Origin: Candidatus Poseidoniaceae archaeon
Lineage (GTDB): Archaea > Thermoplasmatota > Poseidoniia > Poseidoniales > Poseidoniaceae
Length of the DNA: 60,920 bases
Assembly: GCA_030750665.1 (NCBI GenBank)
Contig: JASMHR010000001.1
Location: forward strand, 1-60,920
Reading direction: 5' to 3'
In this document: positions 50,455-59,682 of the stretch, piece by piece
Layout of the letters: every line of letters starts with the position of its first letter
Position numbering within the stretch: position 1 is the stretch's first letter
Translations under genes and position numbers: made by a program
The notes under the pieces: model-generated
Database searches by the model: none
What the model was told of the DNA's origin: nothing
What the model saw: the letters and a program-made list of their open reading frames with translations, nothing else

Positions 50455-53400
50455 ATGCGCGAGAGTCTAACAAGTGGCCGTTCGACAATTATTGTAATCA
50501 TCATTCTATTGATTTCAATGCAGTTTGCAGTATTGACTTTGGATGTAGATGAGGAAGCTTCCAGTTCTGCTAGAGATGATTTTTCTTTTGGTGATATTTG
50601 TGGAGCGACCGGTGGTGCCTGCGATCAGCTCAATCCATCGACTGATGGAACCCCAGCAGCTAAAGAATGGATTGAGGGTGATTATACCTTTGAGATGATC
50701 AGTACTTCACAGATAGGTTTGACAATGGAATGGGCTATGCATGAGTTCAACGATTCCAAGGTTGGTGGTCTGAATGCTCTTTTCCCATCGTTGCCTAGTG
50801 CAGCTGCTGAACAGTTCACGCAAAATGGGTTGCCAGCAGATTACCTACGCAACTTCTTTGGAACATCCGTCACTGGTGGCGAGACTGTCGATGAGATGAT
50901 TCTCAGCCAGACCGAATCTGCAGTCAGTGATTTGTTGAACAGTGGTTTTGGAGATATAGCGAATCTTGATGTTGAATACCTTGAGAGGGGGACTTTAGGT
51001 TCTGCAGACCATTGTTCCAATGATGCGGAGACGGATGCATTCAGCGAAGGGGCATATGCAGAAGACCCATACAATCCACCCATCTGTATCTCGATTTCTG
51101 CTACCATTGATTTGGCAACATCCAAATTCCAGTTGGCTGATTCAGCCGATTTGGATCTAGAGCGCTCCTATCAGGGTCTGTTGACAATGGGTTCTGAGAT
51201 TTCCACACCGTTTACAATCTTCGGGATGGTTGGGCACAAGAATGTCTTCGAGATTGAACCTCCTTCATATGCCACCATAGGTGCTGTGACTGGAACAGAC
51301 AACGCGCCAGGTTCTCTGCAATCTCGTTCGGATGGTTCATATTCCTATGATGTTGGCAGGTGGACAATCGATAATCGCGCTGCCAGCAATAATGATTCCA
51401 CATTGGAAGAGGATGTGACCTTGTCAATCGCCCGCAGGACGACATCAACGATTCCAGTCTCCATCGATACTGTGAATGATACCGCAGTGGATATCTCAGT
51501 GGTTCTGGATATGTCAAATGAAGATGCTGCAACACTGGATGTCTCAATCGAGTTGATGTATATTGATTCAACAACAATGGAGGAATGGGGAATCAGCATG
51601 GTCGACAACAGTTCTGGAGCCAGTATTCCTTGGGTGACTGCTGACGGAATTCGGATGGCAGAAGCGAATGGCCTTGTGGATATGAGTAATTTCACTGACA
51701 ATTTCCCTGTAGATGCGATAGCGGACGGAATCAGTGGCATAGTCGGTGAAGGTAAGGTTGAGATGGATACCCCTGAATGGCGAACCATCGCCGGGGTTGG
51801 AGGTCTTGATTTCCACCATATAGCAGGCTCCACATGTGGCGAATCGGACCCACCTAGCGACGACCATGATAGATATTGTGTTCAAGGGCAGAACGCAATG
51901 TCGGGCACATACCCTGTGTTATTGGAGTCAAGCAGTAATCAATTTCAATTCTCATTGCTCGATATGGCCAGTTCTTACATAGATCTGGATGACTTGGGCT
52001 TTGATCTCGATGTAATCACGAATGCTGACCTACAGACTATTCTGAATGCAGGTCTTTCCATTGAGACTGATATGGGGGCTGGATTCGTAACAGACATGAT
52101 TCCAGAAGATTTGCCACCAACCAATGTCGAGGTTCGTCTCATACTACCAGATTGGGTTGATACTGCTGATGGAACTGGAGAAGTGGTATTCACAGACAGT
52201 AATTCGGTGCTGGACATTGCGGGAACAAACCCATATGATTGGAGAAATCCAATATTGGATGGAGAAAATACGGTTTGTCAGGCCAACAAGATGAGTTGTG
52301 CTACTTTTGAGGTTGAGTTGGATGTCTCTAGATTTGCACTCCATGAATGGAGTCAAGAGGCAGAGATGGATTTCAGTGGGACTGCAACTTTCAAGTTGTA
52401 CAGGATGGGGCTGCCAGACGATGCACGTGATGCTTTGGCGAATGAAGATGCAACTTTGGATATGCCAGTGGTTCCTGCTGATTTGATTCGCCTGATAATC
52501 GATATCGGAGGAAGAATGAGTGAACCATACAATACCACGGTTCCATTGATGGATGATGATATGTATCTGGCGTTCACTCGTCAGGGAATCACGGATTTTG
52601 CTGCAAACCTTGGCGGAGTGATGACAGATGCCATTCACGAAGCCGGTAATGAAATGACCAAAGATTCTGGAAACAAAGTTGATTTCTCTCAGATAGAAGT
52701 GGTGAGCAAGGTTGGAGACCTTTTACCTCCAGAGAGTACGAATGTAGGTGACTCCAAGCCTATCGAACTCACTATTGAAATCAAACAGACCACTTTGAAA
52801 GTTGCATATGAAGGCGGTAGCAAGATGTCGATTACTACATCATCCATGCGTTCTCCAATGATTCCCTTCATCGAATCTTTGTCAGGAATCTTGGGTGAAA
52901 ATGGAATTGCTGCCAATGTGAAGACCGACAGTAGTGGTTTTGTGGTGGATGATAATGGTCAACCATTTGTGTTTGATATGGAAGGAGCAGATTTTGGTGA
53001 AGAAGCGGTCGATATCATTCCTGCGATGACCTTCTCGTTGATTCTACCTGCAGGTCTAGAATTCGGGACCTTTGAATCTTCAAATGGTCGCAGCACCATA
53101 ATTGACAGCGATGGCCGTCAGAAGGTCTCCTATACGATGCCAGAATCTGGTCAGACCGATACACTGTCGATATCTTTCGTCATCGGTTGGGCATTTTTGA
53201 TGCAGGAGATGTGGGGATATGGAGGAGTTAGCCTTGGTTTCATGGCTTTGATGTGGAGGCGAAGGAAGCGCAAGCGTGCCAAGAAATTGGATCGCCTTGA
53301 GGATGAATTTGCCAACAAGAATCGTTCAAAGATTTCTGAACGTCAATTCGCCGCAATGGGCGGTTGGGGAGATGAGGCCGGTGAAGCAGGTGCGCCGCCT

Positions 53401-53475
53401 GCCCCAGGTGCAGGATTCGGAGGCGACCTTGGAGGCGGCGACGATTTCTTCAACGATGCCTCTTGGAATAAATGA
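50455..53475 (+). CDS. Large (1006 aa) acidic surface protein with an N-terminal signal/anchor, a C-terminal TM helix and a polybasic/Gly-rich cytoplasmic tail; hypothetical
   Basis: N-terminus RSTIIVIIILLISMQFAVLTL. C-terminal helix GYGGVSLGFMALMW followed by RRRKRKRAKK. The tail ends in GAPPAPGAGFGGDLGGGDDFF. No catalytic motif recognised. Confidence 0.6.
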   Translation: MRESLTSGRSTIIVIIILLISMQFAVLTLDVDEEASSSARDDFSFGDICGATGGACDQLNPSTDGTPAAKEWIEGDYTFEMISTSQIGLTMEWAMHEFNDSKVGGLNALFPSLPSAAAEQFTQNGLPADYLRNFFGTSVTGGETVDEMILSQTESAVSDLLNSGFGDIANLDVEYLERGTLGSADHCSNDAETDAFSEGAYAEDPYNPPICISISATIDLATSKFQLADSADLDLERSYQGLLTMGSEISTPFTIFGMVGHKNVFEIEPPSYATIGAVTGTDNAPGSLQSRSDGSYSYDVGRWTIDNRAASNNDSTLEEDVTLSIARRTTSTIPVSIDTVNDTAVDISVVLDMSNEDAATLDVSIELMYIDSTTMEEWGISMVDNSSGASIPWVTADGIRMAEANGLVDMSNFTDNFPVDAIADGISGIVGEGKVEMDTPEWRTIAGVGGLDFHHIAGSTCGESDPPSDDHDRYCVQGQNAMSGTYPVLLESSSNQFQFSLLDMASSYIDLDDLGFDLDVITNADLQTILNAGLSIETDMGAGFVTDMIPEDLPPTNVEVRLILPDWVDTADGTGEVVFTDSNSVLDIAGTNPYDWRNPILDGENTVCQANKMSCATFEVELDVSRFALHEWSQEAEMDFSGTATFKLYRMGLPDDARDALANEDATLDMPVVPADLIRLIIDIGGRMSEPYNTTVPLMDDDMYLAFTRQGITDFAANLGGVMTDAIHEAGNEMTKDSGNKVDFSQIEVVSKVGDLLPPESTNVGDSKPIELTIEIKQTTLKVAYEGGSKMSITTSSMRSPMIPFIESLSGILGENGIAANVKTDSSGFVVDDNGQPFVFDMEGADFGEEAVDIIPAMTFSLILPAGLEFGTFESSNGRSTIIDSDGRQKVSYTMPESGQTDTLSISFVIGWAFLMQEMWGYGGVSLGFMALMWRRRKRKRAKKLDRLEDEFANKNRSKISERQFAAMGGWGDEAGEAGAPPAPGAGFGGDLGGGDDFFNDASWNK

Positions 53476-53528
53476 GCAACGAAACAACCTCAGATTCAGC
53501 CTTTCTGTGGAGTCAGGTTTTCTGATAT

Positions 53529-55688
53529 TCACCTGAGCAAGGAATGCATCCTCAATGTGAGTGCTTTAGAGGCCTTGGGGCATTCTGCGCTGGTGAACAG
53601 ATGAATTGCTTCTCTCCAGCAGGAGAGTCGTTCATCCTTGAGTAGCATTCCCCGCCAGCACCAGACCATAGCGGCTAATCTACGTCCCAATCTTGAGGTA
53701 CTGATGTCTTGCAATTCAAGACCATCTAGAGCTGCTATTTTCTCTTCATCCTCAAGGTTGTGAAGAGTCATCAGTCTGAGTGATAAATTTCTGAGCGGGT
53801 TGTCAGAGGAGAATGAAGTCTCACCCTCAAAGTGGATATTTGCTCGACAAGCAAGATCACTGACTATTGGGTCATCATCTCCAGCGATGTTTTCCAGACC
53901 TTTTCTGACCTGTGCTGCAGAATCAGCATCGTTGCGGTTCAATGCAATCCAATGATTGAGTGAGGCTATTGCGACTAGAGCACGTTTTCTTTCCTCGGTG
54001 TCCAAGTCGGTAAGGCTGATGGAATTGATCAATTTCTCAGCATCTTGGCTCGGAACTGGGTCATCATCATCGGGCAGAGAGTCTTCCAATAATCGGGTTG
54101 CTTCTGATATCTGCAGTTTGACTTTATCCAATCCAGTCGCCCTATCAATTGCTTCTAGAATATGTTTCTCGGCTTCATCGAGCAGACCTTTCTGCCTTGC
54201 GACCCTTGCTAATAGTTCGAGCGGAGCATCAATCATCATTGCTAATTCTTTTGCTGCATGTTCGGCTTCTCCTCTCTCAAGTGCAGTATGTACTGCTATC
54301 GACTTCAATTGCATAGCATCTGGCCATCTTTGGCATGCATCATCAACCAATGTTGCCACAGCAGCGCTATCAAACAACAACAAGGAGTCTACATGGATGT
54401 CCAAGTATTCGGTAATGTTAGCTTCAAGCGCATTATTTCTCATGTGCAATTCGATGAGCCTGGCCTGTTCTCCGGAGACAGTGGACCAGTTGTCAGCCGC
54501 TCTGGAATGGATGGCAAGAGATTCTTCTTCGTTCCATGTCTCTCTTCTGACATTCCTTACCAGATGCTGAAGTTCTACTCTTTGGTCGTGAGACCATCGC
54601 AACAGTGCATGGTCATCTAGGATATCGACTCCTTCGGTTGTCGACAGATGCTTGAGTTCGACCGGTGCGGGTAGCACTGCAACCTCATCAAGAGTGGGCA
54701 TTGACTCTTCAGGAATACATGTCAGTACAGTCTGTTCCACATATCTTCTGATATGAGCTCCAGCAAGAGGTTGTTCAGGATTCCACATATGCAATGCAAG
54801 CGGATGTCCGCCAAGGTGTTCAATCGCCTTCAATGCCGTTTCTTCATCGATTTCTCCACCGAGGATTTCCATCGCTGCTTCATCATTCACCTCTTCGATG
54901 CTGAACACTTCACCAATCTCAATCATTGATGGTGCTCGGGAGATCAACATCATTCTCTGTTCGTTGGATTGTAAAGTCTCAATCATCTTCTTGACGCCTT
55001 CAAGATGCCTAGCATGCAGGTCTTGTAAATCGTCTATGACCAGTAAGTCTCCTTTGCACCGGTCACTCAACCATGATGCCAATGCGGTTGGCTCCTCAGG
55101 AACTTCGGCCCCTTCCATCATACGCTGTGCAAGGCTGTTTGCATCGTCGAATGTGGTTGCTCTGGCCCATCTACTGTTGATCTTCTGTTTAGCCAAGCGT
55201 TGAGATATTTCCCTTGCCAGAACAGTCTTGCCAATACCTGCAATTCCAACCACTGTGAATGAGTCACTTCCTGAATCAAGGATTTTTTGAATCAGTTCAT
55301 CACGACCCTTGAGTTCAGTAGCTTCGGGATATTCGCCTTTGAGTGAACCCCTGCGCTGCGAACTCTCCTCGAAAGTATCAGGAAGTTCTTCCAGTGCTTT
55401 TCTCCCAAATTCAGTCAAATGGTAGACGTTTCTGCGACGAGAACCCCCCCCTATGACATGTGCCAATCTGCAGATGATCAGGTCTTCTTCCAGCAAAGTG
55501 TTGATCGGTGCATGCAATGCTGATCTCACCACGCCCATTGCTTCGGATATTCCTGGAAGAGAAATCTCTCTCGGAACATCCCACGCCTCTGAAAGACTCG
55601 ATGAGAACCTTCCCAGCCAACGAAGTACTCTGCCCTGAGATGCGCTGAGCATGAACATCCTGTAGTGGCATGGTTCTTTGTGGTTCAC
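53529..55688 (-). CDS. NB-ARC/STAND NTPase with an N-terminal winged helix and a C-terminal helical (TPR-like) repeat region
   Basis: wHTH: ISEAMGVVRSALHAPINTLLEEDLIICRL...RRNVYHLTEFG. P-loop VVGIAGIGKTVLA. Walker B DLLVIDDLQD. MLISRA (RNBS-B-like). GGHPLAL (GLPL motif). A ~350-aa alpha-helical C-terminal region follows. The start may be Met 11 or Met 13 (55658/55652). Confidence 0.7.
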   Translation of the reverse strand: MNHKEPCHYRMFMLSASQGRVLRWLGRFSSSLSEAWDVPREISLPGISEAMGVVRSALHAPINTLLEEDLIICRLAHVIGGGSRRRNVYHLTEFGRKALEELPDTFEESSQRRGSLKGEYPEATELKGRDELIQKILDSGSDSFTVVGIAGIGKTVLAREISQRLAKQKINSRWARATTFDDANSLAQRMMEGAEVPEEPTALASWLSDRCKGDLLVIDDLQDLHARHLEGVKKMIETLQSNEQRMMLISRAPSMIEIGEVFSIEEVNDEAAMEILGGEIDEETALKAIEHLGGHPLALHMWNPEQPLAGAHIRRYVEQTVLTCIPEESMPTLDEVAVLPAPVELKHLSTTEGVDILDDHALLRWSHDQRVELQHLVRNVRRETWNEEESLAIHSRAADNWSTVSGEQARLIELHMRNNALEANITEYLDIHVDSLLLFDSAAVATLVDDACQRWPDAMQLKSIAVHTALERGEAEHAAKELAMMIDAPLELLARVARQKGLLDEAEKHILEAIDRATGLDKVKLQISEATRLLEDSLPDDDDPVPSQDAEKLINSISLTDLDTEERKRALVAIASLNHWIALNRNDADSAAQVRKGLENIAGDDDPIVSDLACRANIHFEGETSFSSDNPLRNLSLRLMTLHNLEDEEKIAALDGLELQDISTSRLGRRLAAMVWCWRGMLLKDERLSCWREAIHLFTSAECPKASKALTLRMHSLLR

Positions 55689-57434
55689 CTTTCCCGTGCG
55701 GTTGTGCCAGTCTCTGTAAACAGCATCGACCTTCCGCGTTCTCCGGGAGTATATCTGTTCAAAACAGTGGATGGACGAGTATTGTATGTCGGCAAGGCAA
55801 CGGACCTGAAATCCCGAGTTCGCTCCTATTTCTCAATAAATCCAGATAGGTTGATGATTCCAGAATTGGTGAAGGGAGCAGATGAGGTATCGTACATAGT
55901 AACCAACAATCCAAGCGAAGCGTTGGTCCTTGAGAGGCAATTGATACGCGAACACAAACCTCGCTACAATTCGATGCTCAAAGATGACAAATCATTTCCA
56001 TTCTTGGTTTTGACCGAGGGCGATTCTCCTCGGATGATGTACACTCGAAATCCACCTGCTAGTGGCCGTCGATGGGGTCCATTTCCAGATGCAGGTGCAA
56101 CCAAGAGGATGTTGCAGTTGTTTCGTCGACAATTTGGAATCAGAGATTGCAAGGAGTTACTTCCTCAAGGATGTTTATCGATGCATATCGGTCTTTGTGC
56201 AGCCCCTTGCATTGACAATATTGGATATCAGTCAAGGGTTGAGGCTGCAGCCAAAGTACTCGATGGAGATGCACAAGAGTTGTTGAGCGAATTGGTGGTC
56301 GAGATGCAGGGACTTTCGGATTCGATGCAATTTGAAGAAGCAGGTAAGGTTAGGGACCTTGTTGCTGCGGTTCAGAAGACCCTTTCACAGCAGGTTATCA
56401 GCAGCCGTTTCTATCGCGATTGCGACGCACTTGGTTTTGCCAGTAGGGGCGATTTATCGATGGTGGTTGTCATGCAGGCCAAAGATGGAATCATTCAATC
56501 TCAGGAATCATGGGTGATGATCCATCGAGATGATATCGGTCAAACTGTGTCCCGATTCATATCTGAGCATTATGCTGAACGCACCCCCCCTCGCTTGATT
56601 CTGTCTCCTACCCCTCTTGTCGATTCTGTTTCAGCGTGGCTGGAGGAGAGGCGAGGGGGTCCTGTGGAGGTCAGAGTGCCGCATCGGGGTGATTTGGCTA
56701 CTTTGCGTAAATTGGCGGATCAGAATGCAGAGGTGCAGATTGAAAGGCAGGGTAGAAAACAATCCGGCAGTCTAGAGAAGCGTGCCGCCGATGATGGAGC
56801 CCGATTGCTCGGAATGGAGAACCTGAATCATATCGTCTGTTTCGACATGGCTCAATTGCAGGGGGACGAGAAGGTAGGGGCCTGCGTCGTGTTCCGAAAC
56901 GGAAGACCGAGCAAGAAAGAGTATCGAACCTACATCGTCAAACAGGACGTCAAAGATGACCTTCGAATGATGCGAGAAGTTGTCGAACGTTGGTTGAAGA
57001 AGCAGGATGACTGGCCGGATCTATTGATTCTTGATGGTGGTGAGATTCACCTGAAAACCATTGAGGAGATGTTGAATGAGCATGGGGTTGTAGATCGTTT
57101 TCAATTGGCTGCGCTGGCAAAAAGGGAGGAGACGCTGCATCGGCGTGGCGCGGAGCCACTTGTTCTTGACAGAATGGGGAGGGTCATCGTACATGCTCGA
57201 GACGAAGCACATCGTTTTGTCAATTCATATCACAGAAAACGTCGAGGTAAGCGTACTCTGAAAGATCCGTTGGAGGAGATAGAAGGTCTTGGAGCCAAGA
57301 AATTACAAGCATTGTTGCGTCATTTCGGAGGTCGTAAGGGAATTGAACACGCCAGCACTTCGCAACTGCAGAAGGTTCCAGGAATCGGTCCATCTCTAGC
57401 ACAGCGAATCCGGTTTCATCTCAATGGCTCATGA
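55665..57434 (+). CDS. uvrC: Excinuclease ABC subunit C (UvrC)
   Basis: GIY-YIG domain PGVYLFKTVDGRVLYVGKATDLKSRVRSYF...LIREHKPRYN. UvrBC-interaction region. RNase H-like endonuclease domain. C-terminal (HhH)2 LQKVPGIGPSLAQRI. The true start may be a downstream GTG (~55704). Confidence 0.92.
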   Translation: MAWFFVVHLSRAVVPVSVNSIDLPRSPGVYLFKTVDGRVLYVGKATDLKSRVRSYFSINPDRLMIPELVKGADEVSYIVTNNPSEALVLERQLIREHKPRYNSMLKDDKSFPFLVLTEGDSPRMMYTRNPPASGRRWGPFPDAGATKRMLQLFRRQFGIRDCKELLPQGCLSMHIGLCAAPCIDNIGYQSRVEAAAKVLDGDAQELLSELVVEMQGLSDSMQFEEAGKVRDLVAAVQKTLSQQVISSRFYRDCDALGFASRGDLSMVVVMQAKDGIIQSQESWVMIHRDDIGQTVSRFISEHYAERTPPRLILSPTPLVDSVSAWLEERRGGPVEVRVPHRGDLATLRKLADQNAEVQIERQGRKQSGSLEKRAADDGARLLGMENLNHIVCFDMAQLQGDEKVGACVVFRNGRPSKKEYRTYIVKQDVKDDLRMMREVVERWLKKQDDWPDLLILDGGEIHLKTIEEMLNEHGVVDRFQLAALAKREETLHRRGAEPLVLDRMGRVIVHARDEAHRFVNSYHRKRRGKRTLKDPLEEIEGLGAKKLQALLRHFGGRKGIEHASTSQLQKVPGIGPSLAQRIRFHLNGS

Positions 57435-58697
57435 GACTCTTGCTTCTTCATACAGTTTTTCATATGCCGTGGCATTGTGGTCATAGGTGTACATGTCGAG
57501 AATCTTGTCCCTTCCGGCCAATCCTTTGACACGCCTTTGTTGCGGATTAGCCAATTCATCATTCACCTTCACAGCCAAGTCTTTGGAGTCCCCGAGTATG
57601 AACAGAGAACCCACGCTTGAATCAACCATTTCTGGCAATGGACCGTTATTGACTGTGACGACTGCGGTTCCACTGGCCATGGCTTCCAATGGAATCAATC
57701 CCTGACCCTCATAATATGAGGGATATATTACCAGATCAGCGCTTCTGTAGAGTTGCGCCAATTCTTCGAAAGAGAGGCTGGATTCGATGTAGACAGATTT
57801 CTCGATTCCGAGATTTTTTGCTTGTTTCAACAATGTCTTTCGCATATGCCCTCTACCAACAATGACCAATTTTGCATTTGGATTCTTCTCGAGGATTTCA
57901 GGCATGGTTCTCAGTAGCAAACGATATCCTTTTCTCGCGACTAAACGACCAACTGCAAGCAATAAGGGCGTATCTGTATCCGGTTCTGCAGATAGTGCGG
58001 CTTCATCCGCTGAATCATATTGTTTACGGGTTTCTTCATGCCGAAGTTGCACTTCTTCGTTATCTCTGTCAAGGGGATGGAGAACCTTCTCGTCGACTCC
58101 CCATCGCACCACTTCACATCGCCAGTCAACCGGTGGTCGATATCGAGAAAGAAACTCACTCTTGGTGGACTCGGATATTGCGACACAGAGATTGCTCTCC
58201 AATATTCCTGAACGTTCGAATCTAGAGAACCAACCCCCACTCAACAAAATGGCTAGATCATTCGGATTCTTCCACGTCGCTGCTTCTCTATGTTTGGCTG
58301 CAAGTTTCATTCCTTCGCGTTCTCCTAGCCATGAGCCATTCAATGTGGAAACGATGGGTGCAACATCTCGAATCATTGTCTTGTATTGTTTACGGGTCCA
58401 GGAAATGAGTGGCAATAATAGATGGATAACATCCACGCGTTGTTGTCTATGCAGTGTTTTCAGTGCCTTCAGCGCCTTTTTTCCATACGAACGGGTGAAT
58501 TGCATGGGAATGGGCGCCCATCCTACTTCGATGACATTCACGCCTTCTTGGCGTGGTGCTCTCTTGCCTCTGTTCTTTCGGGTTATCACAGTCACTTGAT
58601 GCCCTCGGCGAGCAAGGCTTGCAGCAAGATGGAAAGAGACTGAGCCAATACCTCCCCAGCGGGGTGGATATTCACCTGAGACCAGCGCGACGTGCAT
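57429..58697 (-). CDS. Glycosyltransferase, GT4-like (GT-B fold)
   Basis: MHVALVSGEYPPRWGGIGSVSFHLAASLARRGHQVTVIT (N-terminal GT4 pattern) and IYPSYYEGQGLIPLEAMASGTAVV (EX7E). The track ORF extends to 58958, but that upstream 87 aa would overlap the divergent GT2 gene and show no GT4 feature. Confidence 0.82.
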   Translation of the reverse strand: MHVALVSGEYPPRWGGIGSVSFHLAASLARRGHQVTVITRKNRGKRAPRQEGVNVIEVGWAPIPMQFTRSYGKKALKALKTLHRQQRVDVIHLLLPLISWTRKQYKTMIRDVAPIVSTLNGSWLGEREGMKLAAKHREAATWKNPNDLAILLSGGWFSRFERSGILESNLCVAISESTKSEFLSRYRPPVDWRCEVVRWGVDEKVLHPLDRDNEEVQLRHEETRKQYDSADEAALSAEPDTDTPLLLAVGRLVARKGYRLLLRTMPEILEKNPNAKLVIVGRGHMRKTLLKQAKNLGIEKSVYIESSLSFEELAQLYRSADLVIYPSYYEGQGLIPLEAMASGTAVVTVNNGPLPEMVDSSVGSLFILGDSKDLAVKVNDELANPQQRRVKGLAGRDKILDMYTYDHNATAYEKLYEEARVS

Positions 58698-58836
58698 CTC
58701 AATCAACATCTGCGAGGTGGAACTTGATTTCAACGATTGGCTAGAGCGGACAGAAGTGTTTCTACTTCCGCCGAAAGGTAAAACCGTCAATCGGGAGGTT
58801 TGAAAGACTCCTGCTGGGTCGGTGGCAACGTTATCC

Positions 58837-59613
58837 ATGACAGACCCGCTCCCGATTTCGGTCACAGTCATACTGCCGACATATGAAGAGGAGGCTGCTG
58901 TTGGCTTGACCATCGATTCAATTCCAAAGGATTGGTGTGAGAATCTAGAGATTCTCATCGTTGATGGTCAATCAAAAGATAGAACCAGAGAAATAGCACT
59001 CGAGAAAGGTGCCCGCGTCCATATTGAGCCGCGTAAGGGGTACGGAAGAGCCTATCGAACCGGATTTGAGATTGCCAAGGGAGACTACATCGTCACCATG
59101 GATGCAGATTGCACATACCCCGCTGAAGTTGTACCGGAATTAGTCAAGAAACTCATCGATGAAGACCTTGATTTCATCACTTGTGATCGCTTGACCAAGG
59201 CCGAAGAAGGTTCGATGTCAGGTTTACACGGTTTTGGGAATTGGATGCTTTCATTCACTGCCAGAATGTTGTACTGGTATGGAATCAAGGATTCACAGTC
59301 GGGAATGTGGGTCTTCCGCAAGTCGATAATGCAGAATCCAAAGATGCGCCCAACCAACGACGGAATGCCACTGTCTCAGGAGATGAAGATTCTTGCTCGC
59401 AAGAATCTCGGCAAGAAGAAGGCGATTGAGATTGCAGTTCCATATAGGGAAAGGGTTGGAGAGGCAGTCATCCATACCTGGGGGGACGGTTGGAAGAATC
59501 TAAGATTCCTTTATTTCAAGCGAATCGGACTGAATAGAACTCGTTCACCATGGGGTCCACTGGAAGATAATCCTGATTCTCTCAATGGCGATATCCCCGA
59601 GCAAAACAAGTGA
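58837..59613 (+). CDS. GT2-family glycosyltransferase, dolichyl-phosphate mannose/glucose synthase-like
   Basis: VTVILPTYEEEAAVG, ILIVDGQSKDRT, TMDADCTYP (DxD). There are no C-terminal TM helices. ATG 58837 is preferred over GTG 58822. Confidence 0.82.
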   Translation: MTDPLPISVTVILPTYEEEAAVGLTIDSIPKDWCENLEILIVDGQSKDRTREIALEKGARVHIEPRKGYGRAYRTGFEIAKGDYIVTMDADCTYPAEVVPELVKKLIDEDLDFITCDRLTKAEEGSMSGLHGFGNWMLSFTARMLYWYGIKDSQSGMWVFRKSIMQNPKMRPTNDGMPLSQEMKILARKNLGKKKAIEIAVPYRERVGEAVIHTWGDGWKNLRFLYFKRIGLNRTRSPWGPLEDNPDSLNGDIPEQNK

Positions 59614-59640
59614 TTTTTCCTTGATTTTTCTCTGTTTCTT
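59614..59640 (+). terminator. Oligo-T tracts immediately after the GT2 stop codon (candidate archaeal terminator)
   Basis: TGA is followed by TTTTT (59614-59618), a second TTTTT (59625-59629) and then TCTCTGTTTCTT. Confidence 0.35.
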
Positions 59641-59682
59641 GTCTGCAAAGGGTATTTGTCTGAGTGTGGCCCCGTAGGGGCC

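Noticed and set aside
53956-54620. Plus-strand ORFs of 204 and 120 aa, antisense to the NB-ARC gene
   Set aside because: They show shadow-ORF composition (S/A/C-rich). The minus-strand frame carries the ordered P-loop, Walker B and GLPL motifs.
57862-58599. 245-aa plus-strand ORF, antisense to the GT4 glycosyltransferase
   Set aside because: It has S/R-rich shadow composition. The minus-strand frame has canonical GT4 N- and C-terminal motifs.
58698-58958. N-terminal 87-aa extension of the GT4 ORF as given in the track (start 58958)
   Set aside because: The extension has no GT4 similarity, is S/T-rich, and would overlap the divergent GT2 gene and its promoter. The conserved GT4 N-terminus begins at MHVALVSG (58697).
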